DNA of 64,000 nt from Blastocystis sp. Blastoise. Taxonomy: Eukaryota > Protista > Bigyra: Opalinata. Positions 40,920-53,700 of this stretch are shown here, one piece after another. The stretch covers positions 558,001-622,000 of the forward strand of contig JBBPEB010000013.1 of the NCBI GenBank assembly GCA_039096225.1, given 5' to 3'. The notes below the pieces were generated by a model. The model was given only the letters and a program-made list of their open reading frames with translations, was not told where the DNA came from and did not search any database. Within the stretch, counting starts at the first letter, position 1. Each line of letters starts with the position of its first letter. Position numbers and translations under genes: made by a program.

Positions 40920-42712
40920 CATAATAATAATAAACATAATAATAATACATACATCATTCAAATAAGGTTCTTTTTTAATATTATCATCAATTAATGTAGA
41001 ATGTTGTTCAGTTTCTGATTTCTTTTCAGTATATAAATCTTGTCCTTCTAAAGATTTTTCAAAGCTATTATTCTTATATCGAATATCATTATTAAAAATA
41101 TCATTTATATAACCATCTGTATATAAAGAATCATTATATAAGCTATTACTATTTCTATGATTACTTTCATATCCTCTATCTATATCTATTGTATCATACA
41201 TATCAATATCTATTCCTCCACCTACATTCATTCCTATATCTTTATATCCATCCATTATATTCATAGATCCAGGATATAATCCTAATTCTAAACTATTCCG
41301 ACGGGAATTTGGTCTAGATGAGGGAGTATCTAAGAAATAACCAGAAGTACCAGTAGGAAGTGAAGAATTAGTTGTTGAAGAAGGTAATAAAGATGGAGAT
41401 AAAGATGAATGTAACAAAGGTATATGTAAATCAGTTGATTGAAGAGGTTCAGAAATAGGAATTAAAGAAGTAGTAGAAGAAGATGATAATGATGATGTAT
41501 ATATACTTGTATCTATAGTAGTAGATGTATTAGTTGTATGTATATTTATATTTTTAAGACTTCCTTTGGCTATTTCAGATCTTAATGAATTATTTTTTGA
41601 TACTATGTTCTTTGCATTAATACTATTATTATTATTATTATTCATTGAAGTAACTTCTGGCTCTGATTTTATAGAAACTTCTTTTACAGAATTATTTATA
41701 GAATTTTCATAAATATCATTATTCGGACCATCTAATACTTTTAATTTATTATTATTTCCAATAATATCTATATTATTCTCCATATCTTCTTCTTCTTCTT
41801 TGAGTTGATCTATTGGACTTATATGATATTTTTTTGATCGTTCTTTTATTCCACGAGAATAATGACTAGACTCAGATATCGATTTCTCCATATTCCCGTG
41901 GGATTTCTTATGAGATCGTTTAGATGTACGACTGGTAATGTCATAATCACTATCATCTTCAGATAAAGAATAAGATGTATCTATATATATAATATATTTA
42001 TTGTTTATTCTAATTATATAATATATATGTTGTTCATAATAAGGTATTTATGTTTATATTTATATATTAACAAAATAGAATTCTACATTGTAATTTGATT
42101 ATATAAATATATATAATAACAAAAAAGAATTCTACATTGTAATTTGATTATATATAAATATACAATAACAAAAAAGAATTCTACATCATAATTTGATTAT
42201 ATATAAATATATAAATACCTAGTGGTGAACCATCTTCTGGATCTTCTGTATTTGATTGGCTTATACCATCTATAGAATGAAGAATAGATAAAGAAATGAA
42301 ATGTAGAATAATAATTATTTAAAACAGAAAGTGATATATTTAGAAATAATTAGAGTAAGAAACTAAATTTTATATGAATATATGTTATTATGTAAATATA
42401 TACGAGAAATAGTATCAAGATATTGATTATTTGAATGATTATGTTCAATTATATCTATTTGTAAAGGATCTATAGAATTCTTAGAAGTCCAATTATCTTT
42501 CTCTAATGAATTCTTGATACTTATATTCTTATCCTCTTCTTTCTTTCCTAAAGAAGTATTCTTTGATTCTATATTCATAGCTGTTTCCATTTTAACAGTT
42601 ATATCCTTAACGATAGTATTATTTTGTTTTGATTTATTAGATCTTGCAATAGAAGGCATGACATAAGGAGGCAAACATCGCTTCCTTTTCTTCTTATTAC
42701 TACCATTCTATG

Positions 42713-42755
<43 letters not shown>

Positions 42756-45454
42756 CATAATAATAATAATATGTAATATTATGTATATAGACATATATTA
42801 AAATATAATATATACTCGAATACATTCTTTACATATAAATGTTTCTTTTCCTTCTTCTAAGCATTCTTGATGTATATATTCTATACCACATTGTTTACAT
42901 GAATATACATTGGTAGATGTCATATGTATAAGACCACGACATTTCTGACAAAATGTACATCCCAAAGGAAGATGAAATGATTTCTAAGATATATATGTAT
43001 ATATATTAATAGAAAACTAACATATATAGAGAGATTATGAAAAAAATGAAATGTTTTATTATTCTTTAGAATAGATATTCAATAATGAAATAATTACTTT
43101 AATTATATTAATTCTTTTAATAACAATTATATTGAATAAAAATCAGCATAATAGATTATATTATATTATATTATATTATATTATATTATATTATATTATA
43201 TTATATACATAGAGAAAGTCTCTCCAAGTTCCTTCAGGAATAGCTTTACAATGAGAACGTAGATGAGTAGTTAAACCGGACTGACCATTAAACCCGCGTC
43301 GACCACAACCCGCGCATACCATGTCACCTGTTATGGGCAATGCATCCTCCTATTCATATATATATAGTATAAATAAATATTGAAATAAAGAACTTAAAAA
43401 TTAAATTTAAAAAAAAATATTATCAAAACAATAATAAACAGATAAAAAAAATATATAAAGAAGTAGAATATAAATTTAAATACACAGAAATAAGAATTGA
43501 TTTTTGCATCATCCGCAGCTGAGAATAAATCTTTGTTACGTCGAATAGATGACGACGACACACTATTGTAATCACTATCACTATCTTTTCCTTCTTCCTC
43601 TTCTTCCTCATTCTCTTCTTCCTCTTTTCCAGGTTTCTCTTCTTTCGTTTTCAATTGGTCTTTCTCTTTTTCTTCTTTTTCTTTCTTTTCTTTTTCTTCT
43701 TTTTCCTTCATTTCTTTTTCTTCTTTTTCTTTCTTTTCTTTCTCTTCTTTTTCTTTCTTTTCTTTTTCTTCTTTTTCTTTCTTTTCTTTCTCTTCTTTCT
43801 CTTTCTTTTCTTTTATTTCTTTCTCCATCTTTTCTTTCTCTATTCTTTTCTCTTCTTTAAAATCTTTCTTCTTCTTTGTCTTCTCTTTAAACTCTTCATC
43901 TTCTTCATCTTCTTCATCTTCCTTTTCTTCTTCTTCACTACCATATTCATCATCATCATCATCATTATCATCATTATCATCTACTTCATCATCTTCATCA
44001 TTATCAGAAAGAATAATCTCTTTTTTATGTACCCATTGATTCTCATGAGATCTACTACCACGAATCTTCTTGTCTTTATCATCATCTTTATCTTTCTCTT
44101 TCTCTATTTTGATACTTCTTCTTCTTTTATCTTTCTCAGTTACAGTATTCTTATTCTTTATAGATATCTCTTTCTCATTCTTCTGAGAACCAGTAGTATC
44201 TTCATTATGCTTAATTTCTTTTTCTTTTTCTTTCTTTACATCACTAAATATCTCTTTATTTTCCTTATTATGATGACTTGGTCTACCTCTTCTATTTACT
44301 TCTATATGCTCCTTCTTATCATTATGTATATGACTATCATTAGACACTTCGATCACATGCTTAGAGTCTATGATTTCATTCTTATGAATATTTTTCATTT
44401 CATTATGCTTTTCTTGAGTATCTACAGTTTTTGAAGAATGCATTCCTTTTGAATCATTATCTTTCTCTATATTCATACTACGTAAAGGATATCGTCGAAT
44501 ACGTTTTGCTTCAAGAATAGGTTCTTTCTTATCTATAGAAACTTTACTATCTTCAGGAAGAGGAATCTTTCGTTTTCGACCACGTTTTTTGGGTTCTGGT
44601 TTCTTCATTGAGTCATCTACATTCTCTTTTTTATTGTCTTCTACTTCATGTGATGAAGAAAGAGAGAGATTTGTTTGAGTATTTGTAGTAAAAGAATCAG
44701 ATAAAGAAACATCTTGTGGAGTAGAATCTTTATTTATATTAATATTCTTTGTATTAACATCATTTATATTAATATCATTTCTATCATTATCATTTCTATC
44801 ATTATTATATATATTTTCATCATCATTATTATCCTTAATATTTATATTTTCTTTAACATTTACATCACTTTTCATTTCTTGATCTTTAGGATCATTTACA
44901 GAGTTTTTCTTTTCAAAAGATATCATTATTTCTGAAGAATTCTGTTTATTTGCTACAACTATTTCTTTTTCTTTTTCTCTTTCTCCTTCAATCGTATTTT
45001 TTGAATTATTTTCATTTATTTCTTTTTCATCATCAATATTATCAGCAACAGAAGTACTTGAAGATTCAATATCAAATATAGATGAATCAATAGAAGACAC
45101 AGACGGTGAAGGAATATCGGTTGGAGAGACTGTGATAGATAGAGAAGGTGATAAAGAAGGAGATAGATTTCTTGTTGTTGCAACTGTATCAGATATATCT
45201 TTTATTTTTGAGTTATTCTTAATAGAATGCAACGATTCTAAAGAAGAAATAGGTGATAACTCCTTTTTAAGAGATATTTTATTTTTAGATTCCTTTTTTG
45301 TTTCCTCAGAACCATTATTATTTTGAATCTCTTCGTTCAGTGGAGAATCACGAAACTTATGTAGCACCTTCCTTGGTGGGCTAGTGACATTTTGGCGTTT
45401 ATGTGCTACAGATGGCGAGGAACCAACATTAGACTTCTTTATTGCTGTTGGCAT
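39556..45454 (-). CDS. Large low-complexity chromatin protein with AT-hook-like motifs, a C2H2/C2HC finger and a PHD finger
   Basis: KKRGRKRK and RRGRP; acidic and KEKEEKEK tracts. Exon CAGCGRRGFNGQSGLTTHLRSHC and exon CQKC..CKQC..HQEC..CKEC (C4HC3). Further CxxC pairs lie near the C-terminus. Exact start and gene unity are tentative. Confidence 0.7.
42068..42214. repeat. Intronic minisatellite, 3 copies of a 49-bp unit
   Basis: TAACAAAA(T/A)AGAATTCTACAT...AATTTGATTATAT begins at 42068, 42117 and 42166. Confidence 0.9.
43660..43815 (-). repeat. Coding 24-bp tandem repeat (KEKEEKEK)n
   Basis: Visible in the 689-aa ORF translation and as TTTTTCTTCTTTTTCTTTCTTTTC-like units on the + strand. 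Confidence 0.85.
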
Positions 45455-46045
45455 TAGAAACACAACTGACGGAACGTTTTTTCTGCTTTTTTACTAACTT
45501 AATATATAGAAAAAGCAATATAATGCGTTTTATACTATACAGAATATATATCTACTATAACAGTATCGATATAACGAGTATAGAAAGACAATAATTAATT
45601 TCTAGAAAAACCGTGACTTTTCTTAATTATCAACATATATATATTGAAAAAAACAAGATTATCGAGTTGAACCACTTTATTTTTTAAATATATTTTTTTT
45701 TGTACAAGAAAGAGTATTGCATCCCAAAACATAATTCTATATATTACATCTATGTTATAGAAATCTCTGGGATGTGATATATCATAGTATAAAAGGACTT
45801 CTTCCATTTTATTATTAAGAAATCGTGAACATGATTCGATTTTTTGATAATGTATTATGCTATTCTATTTTTTGTTATGTTCTGTAATACATTCTCTTGT
45901 TTTATAATAAAGTCGATTCTTAATCATACATATAATTGAAATCGTTTTTGAATTATTTTTTTATGGATATTTGTTTATAAAGAGCCAGTTTTCTAAGAAA
46001 ATCAAGACTATTTTTTTTAATACTTTTTTATACAATTAAGCTCTA

Positions 46046-47630
46046 ATGAACTCTGTTGATCCTGCATTCATAGGTATTATAACTGATATGATCAATGACG
46101 CTACGTCAAATAATTCATTGAGCATCCATCTACAAGAATCAAAGGCTAAAAACATTATGGTATCGATAATAGGGTTGTATTTCCTTTTTTTAATTATTTT
46201 AGTATCAAATAAAAACAACCAAAACCTCATTGTACTTTTACAGAGAAATTGTACACAAATTGGAAAGTAATAACAGTAAAGTATGTTTCTTTAATATTAT
46301 GTTTATGTGTTGGATTATTATATAATAATTATTATTATAGACACGAAGCCTAGGATTTCAATTATTAGATCTTTTAATAAGTCATTCGCAACTAGCACGA
46401 AAGGAATGTTCTAAAGAATTAAAAGTAAGTTTTAGATATGTTTGTATTCATATTATCTTGGTCTGTTACATTTCATTGAATGCTAATACGATTATTTTAG
46501 TTAATTATCAATTGGATATGTGGAATTCGAGAGCCTCTTCCTCCTCCAGCATTTGCAATTGTATATATAGTCTTATTATTATGTAATAGATAATGTTTTT
46601 ATAAAGAAAGATTTACAAATTCGATCTAAACATATTTTTCAAAAATGGTATATAGCATACAAGTTTTGTTTTTTAGTAAATACATATATATATAGGTCAG
46701 AAAAATATACAGATTATCCAGAATTTGAAATTGGATATAAATATTTATGTAAAGTGTTAAAAGCACAAATTAATTTACCGTATATATATGTATTTTTTAA
46801 TTTTTATTTGGTTACTATATATACATGTATATAGATTAGATCAATATGAAGAAGATCGAAATGAGGTAAATAATTATATTTTTATCATTATCATCATGAA
46901 TAGAAGATAATTAATGAGTATATGCAATTATATGAAAAGATAAAGCAATTAATTAATATTATACACCCAGAAATGACTGTAATTATTGAAAGTATATTTA
47001 TATTTATGTTTTATTTATATTTTTATTTTTATTTTTATTTTTATTTATATTTATATTTATATTTATATTTATATTTATATTTATATTTATATTTATATAA
47101 TATATACTTATATGACTTTTTATAATTCTATATTGTTGAAAGTATTTATCATTATAATTATTTCGAATTATTTATATTATTAGTACATATAATAATAACT
47201 ATAAGATATATAGATCCTCCAGAAATTGAACCAATTAGACTTGAACCAATAAATGAAAATGATTTTTTTATTCAAAATATGATAAAGAATCCTAATGAAG
47301 TGAATACATATAGTGATTCATATATAAATACACAAGATAATATATCAAAACGTGAATTGAAATATATACATTCTTCTTCTACTTCTAATGATATATTTTC
47401 TATGTCTTTACCTCCTTTAATTCCTCCTTGGTTAATATATACAGATAATGGTATTGAATTGAATCCAAATTATGTATCAACAACAACATGTAGTGATAAA
47501 CATGAAATAGATATAGACAATAATCAAAATCTTAATTCAACTATGGATAAAATTAATATTGATATTGATATTGATAATAATAAAAATGATAATAAATATG
47601 ATAATAAAGATAATAATAATAATAAAGATG

Positions 47631-47662
<32 letters not shown>

Positions 47663-48086
47663 GATGATAATAAAGATGATAATAAAGATAATAATAATTC
47701 TATATATCATACAAAACAGAATACTTTGAAAAATGTTCTAGAAAAAGAAAATGATAGTTTTTTGTTTTCTTCTTCCACCACAACTTCTATATTCGTATAT
47801 ATTTCATATTACAACTTATATAATTATATAGACTCTATATGATAACAAAAAAAAACAATTTGATGAATTATTCAAATTATATGATCATTTAAATAATGAT
47901 GTGTTACCCTATATATTCTCAATAAAGAAACAATATTATGATAAACAACAACCCAAATATGAGAAAATAGCAAAACAACTTGAAGATACAATCACACAAG
48001 TACTTATTATGAATGAACAAATAGTCAGTATTCAATGGAAATTAGGAATAAAAGATCGTCAGCAAACAATTAATCAAATAAACTAA
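46046..48086 (+). CDS. UVSSA-like protein (N-terminal VHS-like domain); many micro-exons
   Basis: Spliced exons TRSLGFQLLDLLISHSQLARKECSKELK-LIINWICGIREPLPPPAFAI-KDLQIRSKHIFQKW-SEKYTDYPEFEIGYKYL follow the UVSSA pattern IRLSAFQIVEELFVRS...PLPPP...WNEKFG...LGYHFL. Confidence 0.7.
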
Positions 48087-48351
48087 TTTATGATACTATT
48101 AATCGGCTATAATCCATTACTTTAATCTCAATATATATAGTTTTGTTTTAATCTTTTTACTTGTTTTTCTTTTAAACTTTTACATTTTAATAGAAAGTCT
48201 TAAACATAATTGAAATAAAATAGTTAGAAACAAAAATATACACATATTACAACACAATATCTATTTATATTACATTATTAAATACAAAAATATATTCTAA
48301 CAACAAATAGAGGTTATTTGTGTACCTACTGAAACAGGAAAGTAACAGATA

Positions 48352-48423
48352 GCCTTGCTAGCTCAGTGGTAGAGCGTTTGTCTTGTAAACAAAAGGTCCT
48401 TGGTTCAATCCCGAGACAGGGCA
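48352..48423 (+). tRNA. tRNA-Thr(UGU)
   Basis: GCCTTGC TA GCTC AGTGGTA GAGC G TTTGT CTTGTAA ACAAA AGGTC CTTGG TTCAATC CCGAG ACAGGGC A; A and B boxes present, T-run terminator at 48429-48433. Confidence 0.96.
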
Positions 48424-49019
48424 TTTAATTTTTCATTTTTAGAATTTTATTATTTATGAAAAACAAGTCATAAATACACTAAATGCGATAAATATATATT
48501 TTCAATTTGATAGAATATAACATTCTTATAAAAGATCATGTTGATTTATCCAAAGCAAATAAAAATCAATGTCAAGAAAGAGTTCAATTTTCATATAAAA
48601 CCATCTTTTTAAGATTGTTTTTACTTGTTAAGTTTATAAATATTATTTTAATAGCAAAAGAATGCTTCATCAATTGAGGTATACCAATCCAAACATGATT
48701 GTGGAGCTTTTATAATAAGCGAAACATCTAGATAATGTGTTTTACGCGTCAGTCAAATAAAAGAAAATTAAATCAATTTACGAAAAGAAAGATATACAAT
48801 CATAATGAAAACGACTTAAATACATAAAAAATACTGCCAGAATATGTAAACAACCGCGATTCTTCGAAAAATACCGACATAGAATGATCCCATGAATATA
48901 ACGAGAGACTCGCGGTAAATTGAAATATCTCTCTAATTAAAGAAGTATATTTTTTTTCTGGTTTTCTGGAATTATATAGTCTCAACATTCCTAGACTTTT
49001 AACCTTATATTTAATTAAA

Positions 49020-49889
49020 ATGAGTGACAATCAAGTAATAACTGAGGATAATATTCCTAACAAACACGAATTACAACATAGTTGGACTATCTACGAGCAA
49101 GTTCAATTTTCTGATAAGAAGGATACCAATCAAGCATATTTTGATTCTTATGAAAATATTTGTACATTCAAAACTGCTGAGCTCTTCTGGCTTAATTGGA
49201 CTAAACTTCCTACAGTCAGTGAGATGTTCTATGAAGGTGTAGAAAAGGAAATTGTTCGTATTGATCTTACTGGTGATAACAGTGTTGAAAAACGTTATAA
49301 AATTCTTGGTCAATCTATTTTTAAAGATAATATTCTTCCTCAATATGAAGATGTTAATAATAAAGATGGTGGTCATGTACAAGTCACTTTTAAGAGTATT
49401 ATTTTATTTTTATTTTAATTTATATAATTCTTTTGGTATAATACTTTATTTTTTATCATATTTATTATATAGATGATGCTCACAAACTTCTTGGTAGTTT
49501 TTGGGAATATGTCGTTCTGTCTATGATAGGTGAAACTCTTGAAGATGGAAATGAAATCACTGGAGCTCGTATTCTTGATAAAGTATAAAATATTATTTTA
49601 TTATTTTTATTATTTATTATTTAATTAATTTATTTTTTTATTATATTATAATTATTATTATTTTTAAATATATTTATCTAATTATCCAACTCTTAAACAT
49701 ATATATATATAGTCAAATCCTGAAAAGAAATTTGTATCTTATCGTTTAGAAGTATGGTTTAGAGATTATTCGAATCAAACGATTAAGGATACTTTAAAGA
49801 ATAGACTTCAATTAATTTGTCAAAAACTTAAAATTCATCAAGATGATATTAAAATTAAAGATCATAATATGGATTTTTCCAGAAAGTAA
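49020..49889 (+). CDS. eIF4E-family cap-binding protein (atypical); 3 exons
   Basis: HELQHSWTIY, FKTAELFW, SIFKDNILPQYEDVNNKDGG, FWEYVVLSMIGE, ITGARILDK and YRLEVW. Stop at 49887-49889. Confidence 0.92.
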
Positions 49890-50762
49890 TATAAATACAA
49901 AAAACAATTAAAAAAAGTATTTTTTTTAACTGTAATCCAAGTCGGTCTCTCAGATTACACTTTTGTTTGTAACTTCATTTTAATTTATTTGTCATCTTAT
50001 ATATTTCTCTTTACACTCTCTTTATCATCTTCTTTTCTTTATTTATCTATCTATTTGATTTTATTTTTTTTTATAATTAAACACTATATACACCATACAT
50101 ATATAATATATACATATTCTGGGTTAAAGAATTATCACATGATATTAGTCTCTTTTTCTATTTTTGTTTATCTCTGTGATTATTTTTTTGTTATTTATAT
50201 GTTCTCTATGTATTTACTATTATTATGTATACATATCATATATAACACAACTTTCGTTAAGTTTTTAAAGCAACAACACATTTTTGTAGTTTTTTTTTAT
50301 AACTTATTCTAAAAAACTATTCATATCGTCATTTTATACAAATTATATTAGTTTTGACTAAATGGTAGTTTAGGTTTAAATTGATACCATAATTCATTGA
50401 TAATAATTGTTAATCAGTTCATTACATATTTTTTAAGATAACACATAGTGTTTATAAATACCAAAAAAAAAAAATATTTAATAATAACATATTTTGAAAT
50501 TAAATAAATACAGTTATCATTTAAAGTAAAAAATATATTATTAAAAAATGCACTCTCATTTAAAATACTTAAAAATATGAATATATATATATATAAAGCA
50601 AATGAATGATAAAAGAAGTATGAAATAATAATGAAATAAGAAATTAAAATTAAAAATAGACATCATTGGAGTTAATATAACATACAAAAAAAAAATGGAA
50701 AATAGTAAAAAAAAAATGTTTAAAAAAAATAGAAAAAAGATATATGCATATTTTAAATAAAA

Positions 50763-53700
50763 CTAATGACAATGATTATGATCCATAACAGATTTATGAA
50801 AAGGAGAAGGTAAAGGAATACACAGATGGTCTGGTACTTGAGCAATAGGGATATGTTTTGATTGTTGAGATGTAATAGAATCAGTTGCATATGTAGCAAT
50901 AGGTAAAGAAGATACAAGATCTTGAATTGTATTTGGATCGAAATGAATATTTTCTGCACAAAGATGTGTTGGGACAGAACATATAGGATGATGATGTGAA
51001 GAGGATACTAATGATGGTGATGATGGTGATGGTGATGATGGTGATGGTGATGATGGTGATGAGGATGAATGAGATAACAGAGTAGATTCTTTATAATCAT
51101 ATGATAAAGTAAGAGGAGGAAGAGTAGTTGCGTTTTTTGTATTATTAATACTATTAATAGTATCAATAGTATCTATATTATTTATATTATTTATATTATT
51201 AATAGAATCAATGTTATTTATATTATTTATATCATTTATATTATTAATATTATTAATATTATTTATATCATTAATATTATTAATATTATTAATATTATTT
51301 ATATCATTAATATTATCAATATTATTTATATTATTTATATTATTTATATTATTTATATTATCAATATTATTATTAGTATATAGAGATTTGGGAAATTGAG
51401 TCGAATTTGATAATATATTTGTTGAAGATCCATAAGAGATATTATTATCTTTAGTAGATATATCATATGACGTAATAGGTATAGATGAAGAAGAAGATAA
51501 ATCAGAAAAGAAAAGAGAATTATTATTTATAACTTGTGGAGAATAAACAGAATTAGAATAATTTGATACTATAGAATTAGATTGAATAGGTATATTATTA
51601 TGTAATTCATTTTCTACAGAATTCATTACAGGTGAAGATATATAATTAGATATATATGACTTGGATTTTAATGAATACTTTGTAGTTTTGTGATTTATAC
51701 TGATGGATCTATTCTTTTTAGAGTCCTTATTTGTATTTATATTAATCGTATTACTCATAGTATTCTCTATATTATTATATTTTTCAGAATAACTTGTTTG
51801 AATATTTCTATTTAATTCTAGTGAATCATAATAATTTGATTTATTTGATATAGTAGAAAGAGTAGAATATGGTTTTATAGATATATGTGATTGTATATTA
51901 TCTTGTAATTGTAGATTTATACTTGATTGTTCTTGAGAAATAGAAGGAGTATATATAGATTTGGATTGAATAGAAATTGAAGAGGAAATGGGAGGGAATG
52001 AAGATCTAGATATAGATTTCGATAAGGGAACTGGTTGAATAGATGTTGAAAGAAGAGAAGAAGATGATGAAGAAACAGTAGGTTTAGAAATGACAATACT
52101 TGTATTTTCATTATCTATGATAGTATTATTATTGGTGGTATTATCAATTATAGTTTTATTCATAGTGTTATTATCAACTATAGTATTATTAATTATTCTA
52201 TTATCAACTATAGTATTATTAATTATATTATTATCAACTATAGTATTATTAATACTGGTACTATTCACATTAAGATCAATGATATTATCATTATTTGATA
52301 ATGATCCTGATTGAATGGGCTTAAAAGAAGATGAAGATTCATTATATAGTTTAGGTAGAACACCCGCATCACGTGACATTTGTACGGATGGAGTAAATGA
52401 TTGAATTGGAGATCCAATAGATTTATTATCTTCATTTATGGGTGTAATAATAATAGAAGATACAGAAGAAGGTAAAGAAGTACTTGTATGAATAGGAATA
52501 GGAATAGAAGCTAAAGTATTATCATCCTTAGAAACAATATCTATAGTTGAACTATTAGTAATAGTATTGGAATGATTATTATGAATATCTTTAGAATCTT
52601 TTGTTTTATTCAGATAATCATTATTATCAATATCAATTGAATTATTATTATCTTTTAAAGTATTTTCTAGATGTTTTTCTTCTATAATAGTATTATGATT
52701 AGTATTGTTAGTATCTATTAGAGCAATACCATTTGATATATCATTAGAGTTATGATTTGAAATATTATTAGAATTATCATTAGAATTATTATTAGAATTA
52801 TTATTCGATTTACTATTACATATACCATTAGAATTATTATTCGATTTACTATTACATATATCACTAGAATTATCATTAGAATTATCATTAGATATATCAT
52901 TAGAATTGTCATTAGAATTATCATTAGAATTATCATTAGAATTATCATTCGATTCAATTGTATTGGGTACCATACTATTTATATTATTACTCATAATACG
53001 TTGTTGTCTTTGAGAATAATTTTGATAAGCGTTTGATGTTTCATTAGAATATATAGATTTATCTGTTTGTATATAGGGTGTATTCATATATGTTGTGAAT
53101 GGATAGTATTTATCAATATTCATAGAAGAAGAAGAAGAAGAAGAAGGTATATTTATAGTATTATTTAAAGAAGGATAAGGTAAATAAGGAGTAGATAAAA
53201 GAGATGAACTAATTATACAATCTTTAGAATAAGGAATATAATCATTTGAAGAATCCTGATTGATTGAATTATATATCATTCGTTTATTATACATAGATGA
53301 TGTATACACATATGGATAAGAAGGTACAAAAGAAGTAGATGAAGAAGAGGATTGTATATAATTATTTGAAGTAGATAGAGTTGTTTGTATATTTGATATA
53401 TTTGTAGTATGTGCTTCATTTAATGTGTCATGAATAGGAAGAGAAGAAGAAGGAGAAAGAGGAGCATGATTAATAGGAAGTTTTATTTCATTAGTTATTC
53501 CATTTGTCTCTTGAATAATACTATTCTTATATTGATCGTTATTCATAGATGTATTCATAGAAATATTTGTGTTATAATAAGGAATTGAAGAATTATCTGT
53601 AGTACCTGTATTTATATCTTTATTTAAATATACCGAAGATTGATTTGGATAAGATGATTGATGAATAGTAGATATATTACTTTTATCTATATTATTATTG

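Noticed and set aside
44484-44492. Minus-strand ATATCCTT (and GTATCCTT near 56551-56558) resembling U12 donors
   Set aside because: Both lie within continuous reading frames (RRYPLR; LYPSLETL in an LRR exon), so no intron is needed.
43549-44935. Long hydrophobic F/L/I-rich plus-strand ORFs (also 13201-13641, 51211-51399, 52090-52314)
   Set aside because: They are antisense shadows of K/E/N-rich coding sequence on the minus strand.
45595-45807. 70-aa ORF as first coding exon of the PHD gene
   Set aside because: An in-frame TAA lies just upstream of the large ORF, and I found no acceptor that joins them in frame.
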